Source: an uncultured Chloroflexia bacterium (GTDB lineage: Bacteria > Chloroflexota > Anaerolineae > Anaerolineales > UBA4823). From it: a DNA stretch of 64,000 bases. Positions within the stretch are counted from its first letter, which is position 1. Each line of letters opens with the position of its first letter. The stretch spans positions 19,218 through 83,217 of the forward strand of contig CAVQOI010000005.1 in NCBI GenBank assembly GCA_963714425.1, given 5' to 3'. The position numbers and the translations under genes are program-made. Shown here piece after piece: positions 37,782 through 47,532 of the stretch. The notes beneath the pieces are model-generated. The model did no database searches. It saw nothing but the letters and a program-made list of their open reading frames with translations, and had not been told where the DNA came from.

Positions 37782-39820
37782 GCCGGCACCTCCTCTAAAG
37801 GCATTGTGCGCAATGAGTTGAGCAACGCGCCTTCTATTTCAGCCATAACCTGCTCATAAGTAAACCCATGCTGGAGAGCAGCGCCAGCCGGACAAGCGCC
37901 CGCACATGCGCCGCATCCCTTGCAAAGAACTTCATTGATGAGAGCCACCTGCCTCCCTTCAAAGTCAACCATCTCGATGGCACCGTATGGGCAAAGCCCC
38001 TCGCAGGTGCGGCAGCCACCGCATTTTTCAGGGATTACGTAAGTAGTAAATGGCTCCAATGTGACATGCCCAGCATCCAGCATGGATAAGACACCCGCAG
38101 CAGCGGCACCACCCTGGGCAACGCTATCGGGGATATCCTTAGGTCCCTGGCAGGTCCCCGCAAGGAATACTCCATCGGTGGCAGTTTCCACGGGGGCTAG
38201 CTTGGGATGCTTCTCTAAGAAGTACCCGTCGGGGCTTAGACTAATGCCGAAAGTCTTGGCTACCTCAAGCTGGTCGCTATGCGGTTCGAGCCCAGTGCTA
38301 AGCACCACCATATCCACCAGGACATCATCAGGCTGCCCGGTAAAAATATCTATGGTTGAGACTTTCAGGTGCCCATTCTGCTGCGAGACATGAATTTTCT
38401 CTTCGAAGCGATGGAAATGAACACCATTTTGGGCAGCGCGAGTGTAGAAACCTTCATAATCCTTACCGAAGGTACGCATATCCCGGTAAAACTGGTAGAC
38501 TTCCGCATCCACGTAATGACGGATAAGCTCTGCCAGTTTGAGTGAGTACATACAGCAAACCCGCGAGCAGTATTCATGATGTTGCAGATCGCGGCTGCCG
38601 ACACAATGCAGGATTGCGATCCGCTCAGGCTTGCGCCCGTCTTTGAGCACCACTTGACCATTTGTGGGTCCACCGGTATTGATCATGCGTTCGAATTCCA
38701 TGCCGGAGACTACATTGTCGAGCTCTTTATAACCATATTGGGGAGCTTTGTGGGGGTCGAAATCTTGAAATCCAGTTGCCAGGACAATGCCACCGACTTC
38801 GACATCTATTAATTCATCCTTTTGCTCAAAGTCGATCGCCTGGCGTTGGCAGAACTTCTCGCAGGCACGACATTTGCCTCGTAGGAAATATGCACAGTTC
38901 TCAGTATCGATTATCGGTACGCGCGGCACAGCTTGGGCAAAGGGGAAGTAGATCGCCGGGCGATTGCCTAATCCCATATCAAATTCGGAGGGGATCTTTT
39001 TCCATGGGCATTTTTCAACGCATGCGCCGCAGCCAGTGCAATTTTCTTCGTTTACATAGCGCGCTTTTTTACGGATCTTCACGTTGAAATTTCCCACATA
39101 TCCCGATACCGATTCAACCTCACTGTTGCTCAGCAGAGTGATGTTTTCGTGGCGTCCCACGGACACCATCTTCGGAGTGAGAATTCAAGCCGCGCAGTCT
39201 AAGGTTGGAAATGTTTTGTACAACTGCGCCATGTGCCCGCCGATACTGGGCTGGCGCTCAACTAGATAGACATGCTTACCTGCGTCCGCCATGCGAAGGG
39301 CAGCTTCAATACCGGCGATCCCGCCACCAACGACTAACGCTGCCTGCTTGACGGTAACCTGCCGGCTGGTGAGCTCTTGGTTTAAGGCTACCCGGCGCAC
39401 GGCTGCAGACACGAGGGCTTTTGCTTTCTGGGTTGCCAGGACCATATCATCGGAAACCCAGGAGCAATGCTCGCGTATGTTTGTCATCTGGAAGAGAAAT
39501 GGGTTGAGCCCTCCCTCAGCGCATGCCCGCCGAAAGGTGGTCTCGTGCATCAGGGGTGAGCATGAGGCAACCACAACTCGATCTAAGCCCTCATTTTGTA
39601 TATCATCCTTGATGAGAGCCTGACCTGGATCAGAACACATGTAGGCGTAGTGGCGCGAGACTGCAACACCGTCGAGCGTGGATGCAAAATCAGCGACTGC
39701 AGCAACATCCACCATGCCTGCGATGTTTGTACCGCAGTGGCAGACATAAACGCCGATCTTTTCCCCGCAACCAGCGCGCAGAGAGGGTGGTCCGGTTTGG
39801 GAGCTCTGCTTTGGCTTCAT
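37778..39820 (-). CDS. hdrA: HdrA-like flavoprotein with in-frame UGA (predicted Sec212); read-through product 680 aa
   Basis: Track ORFs 39185..39820 and 37778..39169 share one frame, separated only by TGA (39185-39187): TLDCAA-TGA-ILTPKMVSVGRHENI. It has VVGGGIAGIEAAL, four ferredoxin-type Cys motifs, and an AAGGAGG RBS upstream of the ATG at 39820. Confidence 0.7.
39150..39168 (-). promoter_or_regulatory. Candidate bacterial SECIS hairpin for the short hdrA
   Basis: The minus strand reads U GGUGUCC GUG GGACGCC A. Stem and spacing (16 nt after the UGA) are identical to the paralog; only the loop base differs. Confidence 0.5.
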
Positions 39821-39909
39821 CCGGCTGACCTCCTTAAATGGGTATTGTGTTGTTGGTCATAATTGGGCATTGGTGCACCGTTAACTCGCTACAATAATTC
39901 TTAACGATG

Positions 39910-39918
39910 ATTATACCA
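39910..39918 (-). promoter_or_regulatory. Candidate extended -10 promoter (TGGTATAAT) for the hdrA/flx-like operon
   Basis: The minus strand reads TGGTATAAT about 90 nt upstream of the ATG at 39820, in an AT-rich divergent region. No clear -35 box. Confidence 0.3.
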
Positions 39919-40110
39919 AAGCTTGTGAAAAAAAGCACTAATTACTTTAGTTATTTATCTTTTTACCAATTGGAAATCAAGACATCTGGTCTCAACATCC
40001 AACCAGTAGCATGTCGTTTCGATGAGAAGCTAGATAAACATTCATCCTTTCTTTAGAGTGCGTCGCAGCAAGTGCGGTAAAATTAATTGACACCTATGCC
40101 AAGGAAAATT

Positions 40111-41502
40111 ATGAAGCTTCGATTATATGACACCTATACACGCAGTTTGAGGGAGTTCGAGCCGATCAAGGCGCCGGAAGTGGGACTTTACACTTGCGGG
40201 CCGACAGTATACGACTACGCCCATATCGGCAATTTGCGATCCTACATTTTTGAGGATATCTTACGGCGAGTCCTGATGCTGAACGGCTACTCAGTCAGGC
40301 ATGTGATGAACATCACGGATGTAGGACATCTGACCTCAGACGCTGATGAGGGGGAAGATCGCATGGAGAAGGGCTCCCAGCGAACGGGATTGTCTGCCTG
40401 GGAAATTGCTGAGCTGTACACTGAAGAATTCAAGACGGATCTCAACCATCTCAATATTTACCTGCCCACGGTCTGGTGCCGGGCTACCGATCACATCCCA
40501 GAGCAAATCGATTTGATCCAATGCATTGAAGACAAAGGTTTTACCTACCGTACTTCTGATGGAATATATTTCGATACTTCGAAGCTAGAAGACTATGGAT
40601 ATCTCGGCAGACTGGATATCGAAGGATTACAAGCTGGGGCACGCATCGATATCGGTGAGAAACGCAACCTGACGGATTTTGCATTATGGAAATTTAGCCC
40701 GTCTGACAGCACACGCCAGATGGAATGGGAGAGTCCCTGGGGAGTGGGGTTTCCCGGTTGGCATATTGAATGCTCTGCGATGTCGGCGAAATACCTCAGC
40801 CCCTGGTTTGACATCCACTGCGGCGGGGAAGACCACATCAATGTGCATCACACCAATGAGATTGCACAAACCCAAGCCTGCTACGGTACAAGACTTGCGA
40901 ATTTCTGGATGCATGGGTATTTCTTGCAGATCGACGAAGCGCGCATGGGCAAGTCCGAAGGCAATTTCTTAAGGGTGCAGACGCTGATTGATAAGGGTTA
41001 CGATCCACTCGTATGGCGTCTATTCTGCTTAAACGCTCACTACCGAACGAAATTAAATTTCACCTGGGATGGCGTGGATGGCGCAGCGATCTCGTTGGAA
41101 AGGCTTCGAAATGCTGTCTATGAATGGGGAGATGCCGGCGACGCTGATGAAGAATTTATTGACAAATTTGTTGAAACAGTCAATGAGGATTTAAATATGC
41201 CACGTGCGATGGCTATAACCTGGGAGCTGGTCAAGAGCGACCTGCCTCCCGCCATGAAAAAAGCGACGATTCTCTATTTCGACCGGGTACTGGGTCTGCG
41301 CCTGGGAGAATGGCAACCGAAAGAGGAGCGCGTACCCGCGGAGATCCAGTTGATGGTAAATGAGCGGCAAACTGCACGCCAGGAGAAACGCTGGGCAGAC
41401 GCTGACGCACTGCGCGACCAGGTCATCGCAGCCGGATATGAGGTGGAGGACACGCCACAAGGGCCGCGCGTGAAGCAGAGAAGAATGAAGTTTGAAGGAT
41501 AA
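40111..41502 (+). CDS. cysS: Cysteine--tRNA ligase
   Basis: HIGN (HIGH) and RMGKSEGN (KMSKS) motifs, and WHIECSAM for the zinc site. I prefer ATG 40111 (MKLRLYDTYT), preceded by AAGGA. The track ORF begins at a TTG at 40087. Confidence 0.9.
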   Translation: MKLRLYDTYTRSLREFEPIKAPEVGLYTCGPTVYDYAHIGNLRSYIFEDILRRVLMLNGYSVRHVMNITDVGHLTSDADEGEDRMEKGSQRTGLSAWEIAELYTEEFKTDLNHLNIYLPTVWCRATDHIPEQIDLIQCIEDKGFTYRTSDGIYFDTSKLEDYGYLGRLDIEGLQAGARIDIGEKRNLTDFALWKFSPSDSTRQMEWESPWGVGFPGWHIECSAMSAKYLSPWFDIHCGGEDHINVHHTNEIAQTQACYGTRLANFWMHGYFLQIDEARMGKSEGNFLRVQTLIDKGYDPLVWRLFCLNAHYRTKLNFTWDGVDGAAISLERLRNAVYEWGDAGDADEEFIDKFVETVNEDLNMPRAMAITWELVKSDLPPAMKKATILYFDRVLGLRLGEWQPKEERVPAEIQLMVNERQTARQEKRWADADALRDQVIAAGYEVEDTPQGPRVKQRRMKFEG

Positions 41503-41562
41503 AAGTCCTTCATGAATCTTGGAACTGGGATGGATAAAAATGCAATATAGAGGTAGGTTGAG

Positions 41563-42336
41563 ATGAAAATAGCGATCACTGGTAAAGGTGGGGTTGGAAA
41601 GACAACACTGGCGGCGCTCTTGGCGCAGTCCTATGCAGATGCAGGCCGTCAGGTACTGGCAGTTGACGCTGACCCATCACCGTGCCTGGCTGGTGCCTTG
41701 GGATTTCCAGACACTCTCCGCACACGCCTGCACCCAATTTCTGAGATGGATGAGCTGATATTTGAACGGACTGGTGCAAAACCAGGCAGCATTGGAGGGT
41801 TTTTTACATTAAACCCGCAAGTGGATGATATCCCTGAGCGTTTTAGCATTGCAAATCGAAATGTAAGTCTGCTGGAAATGGGCGCGGTGGATATAGGTGG
41901 CACTGGGTGCATCTGTCCCGAAAGCGCATTACTTAAGACGCTCTTTACCCACCTGCTCTTTCGTAAAGAAGATGTTCTCATTCTTGATATGTACGCGGGT
42001 GTGGAACATCTGGGCAGGGCGACGGTGGATTTCGTGGACGCCATGCTGGTTGTCGTGGAACCGACGCGACGCAGCCTGGGCACCGCAGCTCAGATCAAAA
42101 AGCTGGCGAACGATATCGGCTTAACACAGCTCTGGCTTGTAGGGAACAAGGTCCGAAGTCCGGAGGAAGTGACATTTCTCGAGACAGAAACACCCGGTCT
42201 ACCCGTCCTGGGCTTTATGCCAGCTGATATGGCGGTTCAGGAGGCAGACCGGTTGGGCATCGCGGTTTATGACTATGTGCCATCATTGCGGCAGGCAGCT
42301 GAACAGATGGCAGCAATGCTGGTAGAGACGGTTTAA
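41563..42336 (+). CDS. cooC: CooC-type (MinD/ParA-fold) nickel-insertion ATPase
   Basis: MKIAITGKGGVGKTT deviant Walker A, DADPS, a CxC metal motif (GCICPE), and VGNKV. Confidence 0.7.
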   Translation: MKIAITGKGGVGKTTLAALLAQSYADAGRQVLAVDADPSPCLAGALGFPDTLRTRLHPISEMDELIFERTGAKPGSIGGFFTLNPQVDDIPERFSIANRNVSLLEMGAVDIGGTGCICPESALLKTLFTHLLFRKEDVLILDMYAGVEHLGRATVDFVDAMLVVVEPTRRSLGTAAQIKKLANDIGLTQLWLVGNKVRSPEEVTFLETETPGLPVLGFMPADMAVQEADRLGIAVYDYVPSLRQAAEQMAAMLVETV

Positions 42337-42352
42337 TGATCGAGGTGAAAGT

Positions 42353-43138
42353 ATGTCTACAACAATAGCTTTAGCGGGAAAAGGGGGTGTGGGTAAGACG
42401 ACAATTGCCGGCATGGTAGTTAAATATCTTGTTAGACAAAAGGATGGAGCTGTGATTGCCATCGATGCAGACCCAAGTAGCAATTTAAATATGGTCTTGG
42501 GTTTGGATCTGGAATGGACGGTTGGGGATATCCGCGAGGATATGCTCTCACAAGTGAAAGACTCATTGACCACTGGCGGGGCAGCCATGGGCAGCATGCC
42601 CGGAGGCGTTTCTAAGCGGGATTATCTGGATTACCAGATTCGCTCTTCACTGGCGGAAGGCGATCATGTAGACTTGATCGCTATGGGGCGATCGGAGGGA
42701 CCGGGGTGTTACTGCGCTGTAAATCACAACTTGAGGGAAGTGATTGACACCATCAGCAAGAACTACAGCTACGTGGTGATCGATAACGAGGCAGGCATGG
42801 AACACCTTAGCCGCAGGACGACAAGGGACGTGGATCACCTTCTCATCGTATCTGACCCGACGCAGCGCGGCATTATGGCAGCACAGCGTATTAGTGATCT
42901 GCGGAATGAGCTGGATGTCCAGGTGAAAAACGCCTACCTAATACTGAACCGCCTGAACGGCAATATGCCTGAGCCATTACGACAGCGCATTGAAACGCTA
43001 GATATACCCCTTTTAGGTATTGTGCCGGCTGACGGCGATATCGCAGAATATGAGTTTAGCGGGCGACCTCTGGTCGAAATGAAGGAAGATGCTCCAATTT
43101 ATAGAGCTGTAGCTGGGATGATGGAGAAGATCTTATAG
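42353..43138 (+). CDS. Second CooC/AcsF-type ATPase paralog
   Basis: IALAGKGGVGKTT, IDADPSSNL, CxC (GCYCAVN) and VIDNEAGMEHL. Confidence 0.65.
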   Translation: MSTTIALAGKGGVGKTTIAGMVVKYLVRQKDGAVIAIDADPSSNLNMVLGLDLEWTVGDIREDMLSQVKDSLTTGGAAMGSMPGGVSKRDYLDYQIRSSLAEGDHVDLIAMGRSEGPGCYCAVNHNLREVIDTISKNYSYVVIDNEAGMEHLSRRTTRDVDHLLIVSDPTQRGIMAAQRISDLRNELDVQVKNAYLILNRLNGNMPEPLRQRIETLDIPLLGIVPADGDIAEYEFSGRPLVEMKEDAPIYRAVAGMMEKIL

Positions 43139-43188
43139 TTATGCAGGTGGGTTCACCCGCCTCCATTAATTTTCGACAAATTCGCGGG

Positions 43189-44719
43189 TCAGTCTCCGAA
43201 TTTAATCCCCTGCGCAAGGGGTAAATCCTTCGACCAGTTGATTGTATTGGTCTGGCGGCGCATGTAGGCTTTCCATGCATCCGACCCGGATTCTCTACCT
43301 CCACCTGTCTCTTTCTCACCACCGAAAGCACCGCCAATCTCCGCGCCCGAAGTACCGATATTTACGTTGGCGATGCCACAATCCGAACCAGCGACAGAGA
43401 GGAATTGCTCGACCTGGCGCATTGAATCTGTAAATATGGCGCTTGAGAGACCCTGGGGGACATCGTTATGTATTTGGATGGCTTCGTCTAATGATTGGTA
43501 TTCTAATAAATATAGGATAGGCGCGAAGGTCTCTCGGCGGACAATATCTGTCTGAGCGGGCATTCTAATGATTGTAGGCTCAACGAAATTTGGTCCGACC
43601 TCGGGGAGCATGTTCCCGCCAAATAACACTTCCCCGCCATCCGCTCTCGCCTGATCAATCGCATCCATCATCTCTTCTACGGATGTGTTTACTACCAGAG
43701 GCCCCATGAGGACATCGGGGTGAAACGGATCACCGATATTTACTTGTTTGTAGGCTGCGACCAGACGCTTTTCCAGCTCTTTTTCAATGGATTTGTGAAC
43801 AATGATGCGGCGCGTGGAAGTGCAGCGCTGCCCGGCGGTCCCCACAGCGCCAAACAGGATCGCGCGAGTTGCCAATGCCAGGTCTGCATCTTCCGCTATG
43901 ATGATTGCATTGTTTCCGCCAAGCTCGAGGATTGACCGCCCAAAACGACGGGCGACTACTTCGGAAACGTGCCGTCCAATCTGCGTGGAGCCTGTAAATG
44001 AGATTATCGGCAAGCGTGGATCATTGAGGAGCAACTCGCCAACCTCCCGCCCCGAGCCGATGACTAGGTGTAAAAATGCCATGCAAGCCATGATCGGCCA
44101 TCACCTGGTTGCAGATATGCTGGGTAGCGATTGCGGTAAGAGGTGTATAGGAGGACGGTTTCCACACAACGGTATCACCGCAAACAGCTGCTAAGGCAGC
44201 ATTCCAGGACCACACTGCGGTGGGAAAATTGAATGAAGTGATTAATCCCAGGACGCCTGCAGGATGCCACTGCTCGTACATGCGGTGGGAAGGGCGCTCT
44301 GAATGCATGGTCAGGCCATAGAGCTGGCGGGAAAGTCCGACAGCGAAATCTGAGATATCGATCATCTCCTGAATTTCGCCAGAGCCTTCGACGCGGATCT
44401 TGCCCATTTCCAAGGTAACCAGCTCCGCCAACGGCTCTTTGAGCTGGCGCAATGCATTCCCAAGATCTCGTACGAAATCCCCCCGCTTCGGTGCAGGAGT
44501 CTCCCGCCAGGTAAGGAAAGCTTCGTGTGCTGTTCTTGCAACGGTCTCATACGTGCTTGGCGTAGCCTGAAGGACGTTCGCGAGCGGCTCACCTGTGGTC
44601 GGATTGAAGGATACCAGTACTTTTCCATTCGGGTCAGATAGCCAGCCGTCTTGACCGGTGCAAGCACCGGGGTTTGTCTCATTGAGATTGAGTTTCTTCA
44701 GCAGTGGATGCATGATCAC
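43189..44719 (-). pseudogene. ALDH7-type aldehyde dehydrogenase (alpha-aminoadipic semialdehyde / piperideine-6-carboxylate dehydrogenase-like) interrupted by a 1-nt frameshift
   Basis: The N-terminal part (44021..44719) and the C-terminal part (43189..44091; [22 protein letters not shown], ...[10 protein letters not shown]) are in different frames. The shift maps to a T5 run in the coding strand (A5 at 44072-44076). Removing one base restores [16 protein letters not shown]. Confidence 0.75.
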
Positions 44720-44795
44720 CTCGTGCGGGTATTATACTGGTATCTTATTTTCTCACCATATTACTGCCCTTAATAGAAAAAATAGTATTAAAAAG

Positions 44796-44833
44796 AACTG
44801 TGCGCACGGACCAGGTGGTCTGTGCGCACAGTT
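44796..44833 (-). terminator. Intrinsic (bidirectional-looking) terminator after the 423-aa ORF
   Basis: AACTGTGCGCAC(G)GACC-AGGT-GGTC(T)GTGCGCACAGTT is a 16-bp stem with one mismatch. On the minus strand it is followed by CUUUUUAAUACUAUUUUUU. Confidence 0.6.
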
Positions 44834-44854
44834 TTGTGTGAATTAGCCTTGTGG

Positions 44855-46126
44855 TTATTCCAGCTTGTGCAAATTCTGTGCGGCGACGAACGAGAGACCT
44901 TTCTGGGTTAGCGCCCAGGCAGTTTTGTTAAGCGCCTCGAATTTGTCCAAGAAGTTGGTTGTCAGGGAGTCCCAATCACCTGAGGCCATCACTTCACTCT
45001 TATCACGGAAGTAATCCAGGATGTCGGATGGGTGGGAGCGGGTGCTGTCAATCTCAGGATCGCCGCCTTCGTGTTTGGCAGAAATATTGGGGACATGGTC
45101 AGCAATTTCAACTAGCTCATCTCGGCGGTTATACGGCTGGCGAACGATGCTCTTGTAGGTCTCAGTAATATGGTGCTCGAAGCGTACGATGTCTTCAAAC
45201 CCCAGGGCTTTCCGGAACTGAGCGGTTAGCTCCATGCTCTGGTTGTTCACTGAGTTGCTCCAATTAAATCCCACCAACGGCGATGACCCATCGTCACGCG
45301 AGAACAGCTTGGCACCAATGAGGGTCCACAATGCGGCATATGGGTTGTCATTGCCCATAAATACCGAGATTTTGAATTCGATATCCACACCCAGGCGGTG
45401 TAGCAAATAGCCTACAAGAACGGTTCCTGGGTTGATGTTGAGCACCTGCTGAACTCCGTAGGTTGTGTAGTAGTACAGGTATTCGTCCAGCCATTTCAAG
45501 GCATAGTGATTGGGCTGACCGACGCCTCCGAAGTATCCTGTGATTGTCTCAGGTCCACCTAGATGCACATTTGAGCCATCTGTGCCTTTGGTATCCAATG
45601 TTTCCACATAAGTGGCGCCAATTATCTGCATGGCAGCGATCATGGCAGGAAGATCGCCATCTGCTTCCTGCTCTTTCATCTTGCGCACTTTTATAAAGCG
45701 CCCCGGCACCAACATTTGGTTTTCAATGGCTTTCTTCGCGATCATGCTGACCCATGGGAAGTATTGCGCCGCGCTAATCTCAAGAGTAACGGCAAACTCG
45801 TCTTTGAACTGGATCGTGTCAGCTTCAGAGCCGAGCACTTTGCGGCGGTAATCAGGAACGGTGATAAACGCATTCCTGTCGCGCTGCTCCTGAAGCCATT
45901 CAAGGTCAGCTACGTATTCTGGTTTGGTAGATGCCACCCGGCTGAGTAAAGCAGGCAAGTAGCGAGCTGCGGAGGCTTTTTGATTAATCTCCTCAGGAGT
46001 ACCGTATTTCGCTACAATATTCAAGAAATCTTTTATAACCTGGGTCTCAGGATCGAGGAGTACAGCATTAATTTCATCTAGCCGGGCGTAGGGGATCTTG
46101 AGTAAATTATGGTGGTTGCCAGTCAT
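44855..46126 (-). CDS. Conserved-looking hypothetical protein (423 aa), family not recognised
   Basis: Long clean ORF with no TM segments and no cofactor motif that I can name. It has its own terminator. Confidence 0.4.
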   Translation of the reverse strand: MTGNHHNLLKIPYARLDEINAVLLDPETQVIKDFLNIVAKYGTPEEINQKASAARYLPALLSRVASTKPEYVADLEWLQEQRDRNAFITVPDYRRKVLGSEADTIQFKDEFAVTLEISAAQYFPWVSMIAKKAIENQMLVPGRFIKVRKMKEQEADGDLPAMIAAMQIIGATYVETLDTKGTDGSNVHLGGPETITGYFGGVGQPNHYALKWLDEYLYYYTTYGVQQVLNINPGTVLVGYLLHRLGVDIEFKISVFMGNDNPYAALWTLIGAKLFSRDDGSSPLVGFNWSNSVNNQSMELTAQFRKALGFEDIVRFEHHITETYKSIVRQPYNRRDELVEIADHVPNISAKHEGGDPEIDSTRSHPSDILDYFRDKSEVMASGDWDSLTTNFLDKFEALNKTAWALTQKGLSFVAAQNLHKLE

Positions 46127-46208
46127 AACTGCCCTCCAGTGTGCGCCTTCTCAATAAGTAGCATTCTGCTCTACCCGAAGCTTGGTGTGGTAGAGCAGGA
46201 GAATGGTA

Positions 46209-47063
46209 TTAATCTAACATATCAAGGAGCTCGTCATACTCGCTGTCAGGCATGGTAAACCAGTGCTCGGGCTGTGGGAAAGTATGCGTGGTTACCTCTT
46301 CAACGTACTGTTGCAATCCTTGTAAGATCACCGTTCCCGCTTCGGCGAACACTTTTGCCATGCGAGGCTTAAAGCGCGGGTAAAGACCAAACATATCGTG
46401 ATAGATAAGCAGCTGACCGTGCGCATGCGGTCCAGAGCCTAAGCTCATGATGATGCAATCCTTGGCACGCTCGGTGATGAGCTTGCAAACCCGGTCTGGG
46501 ACCATCTCAAGTAAGATCGCAAAGGCGCCGGCCTCTTCTAATGCTTTTGCATCAGCGAGTATTTTCTTCGCTTGCAGGGCGCCCTTGCCCTGAACGCGAA
46601 ATCCGCCGAGAGCGCTGACGCTCTGAGGCGTGAGCCCGAGATGGCCAATGGCAGGTATGCCAGCAGAAACGATACCGTGGATGCGGTCAGCCATTTCGGC
46701 GCCACCTTCAAGCTTGATACAATCGCAGCTTGCTTCAGCCATAAAACGCCCAGCGTTGCGTATAGCCGATTCCACGCTTGGTTGGTAACTCATGTAGGGC
46801 ATATCGCCTACAAGAAAAACGTTTGGTGCACCCCGACGCACAGCCTGGCTGTGACGGATCATATCCTCCATGGTTACAGGAAGGGTGCTCTCATATCCCA
46901 GCATGGTCATACCCAGGCTGTCGCCAACCAGGATCATATCGATGCCTGCTTGGTCTTGAAGATATGCTGTCGGGTAGTCGTAGCAGGTTAGCCAGGTGAT
47001 CGGTTTCCCTTCCGTGACTTTCTTAAATAACGATGGTAAGGTTACTTTCTTGCGTTCAGTCAA
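46209..47063 (-). CDS. panB: 3-methyl-2-oxobutanoate hydroxymethyltransferase
   Basis: ITWLTCYDYPTAYLQDQAGIDMILVGDSLGMTMLGY and DMPYMSY motifs. TTG start preceded by GGAGG. Confidence 0.85.
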   Translation of the reverse strand: MTERKKVTLPSLFKKVTEGKPITWLTCYDYPTAYLQDQAGIDMILVGDSLGMTMLGYESTLPVTMEDMIRHSQAVRRGAPNVFLVGDMPYMSYQPSVESAIRNAGRFMAEASCDCIKLEGGAEMADRIHGIVSAGIPAIGHLGLTPQSVSALGGFRVQGKGALQAKKILADAKALEEAGAFAILLEMVPDRVCKLITERAKDCIIMSLGSGPHAHGQLLIYHDMFGLYPRFKPRMAKVFAEAGTVILQGLQQYVEEVTTHTFPQPEHWFTMPDSEYDELLDMLD

Positions 47064-47185
47064 GGCAGCCTCCGAGGTTAAACGGACGATATTTCAGATA
47101 GCTTATCAGTATTTTACGTGAAAGATGGCACAAATGCAATGTGAAGAACGACCCCAATCGAAAGGAAGGGGATCACATGTTTGCG

Positions 47186-47524
47186 TTAAAAAATTCGTTT
47201 GCGATTAAGTACGATACCGAGAAGGATCACCAGCACAATTAGCATCCCCGAAAGGATGATCAAGCCGGTTGTTCTTGGATTTGTTGGAGGTGGAAAGGCT
47301 GGAGGCACCGGAGTGCTGAGGACGGATAGAGTCGCCTCCGGGGTGGTTTGTTGGAAACTTGTGAAGAATCTGGGAGGTAATTGGCTATCTTTAGATATGG
47401 CTTGCATTCTTCCGGCTTCTTTAACAAATCGCGTCATTTGCGCCTGAACTGCTCTGGTGCTCATGGCGCCCAGGAGCAGGCCAGCTAATACGAACGTCAA
47501 TACGAGAAGGGATCTATGCTTCAT
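47186..47524 (-). CDS. Small secreted/anchored protein with a C-terminal sorting-signal-like tail
   Basis: N-terminal signal peptide (LLVLTFVLAGLLLGAMSTRAVQA). The C-terminus is Pro-rich, then NPRTTG, a hydrophobic helix and the basic tail NRKRIF. Confidence 0.45.
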   Translation of the reverse strand: MKHRSLLVLTFVLAGLLLGAMSTRAVQAQMTRFVKEAGRMQAISKDSQLPPRFFTSFQQTTPEATLSVLSTPVPPAFPPPTNPRTTGLIILSGMLIVLVILLGIVLNRKRIF

Positions 47525-47532
47525 GTAGTCTC

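Noticed and set aside
39863-40110. T-box leader or other riboswitch upstream of cysS
   Set aside because: I looked for the conserved T-box sequence (AGGGTGGTACCGCG-like) and a specifier or terminator pair and found none. The region is simply an AT-rich divergent promoter.
46166-46198. Hairpin CTGCTCTACC-(13 nt)-GGTAGAGCAG between panB and the 423-aa ORF, as a terminator
   Set aside because: The stem is good but no U-tract follows on the minus strand. It could be an RNA processing or stability element, and there is not enough evidence to call it.
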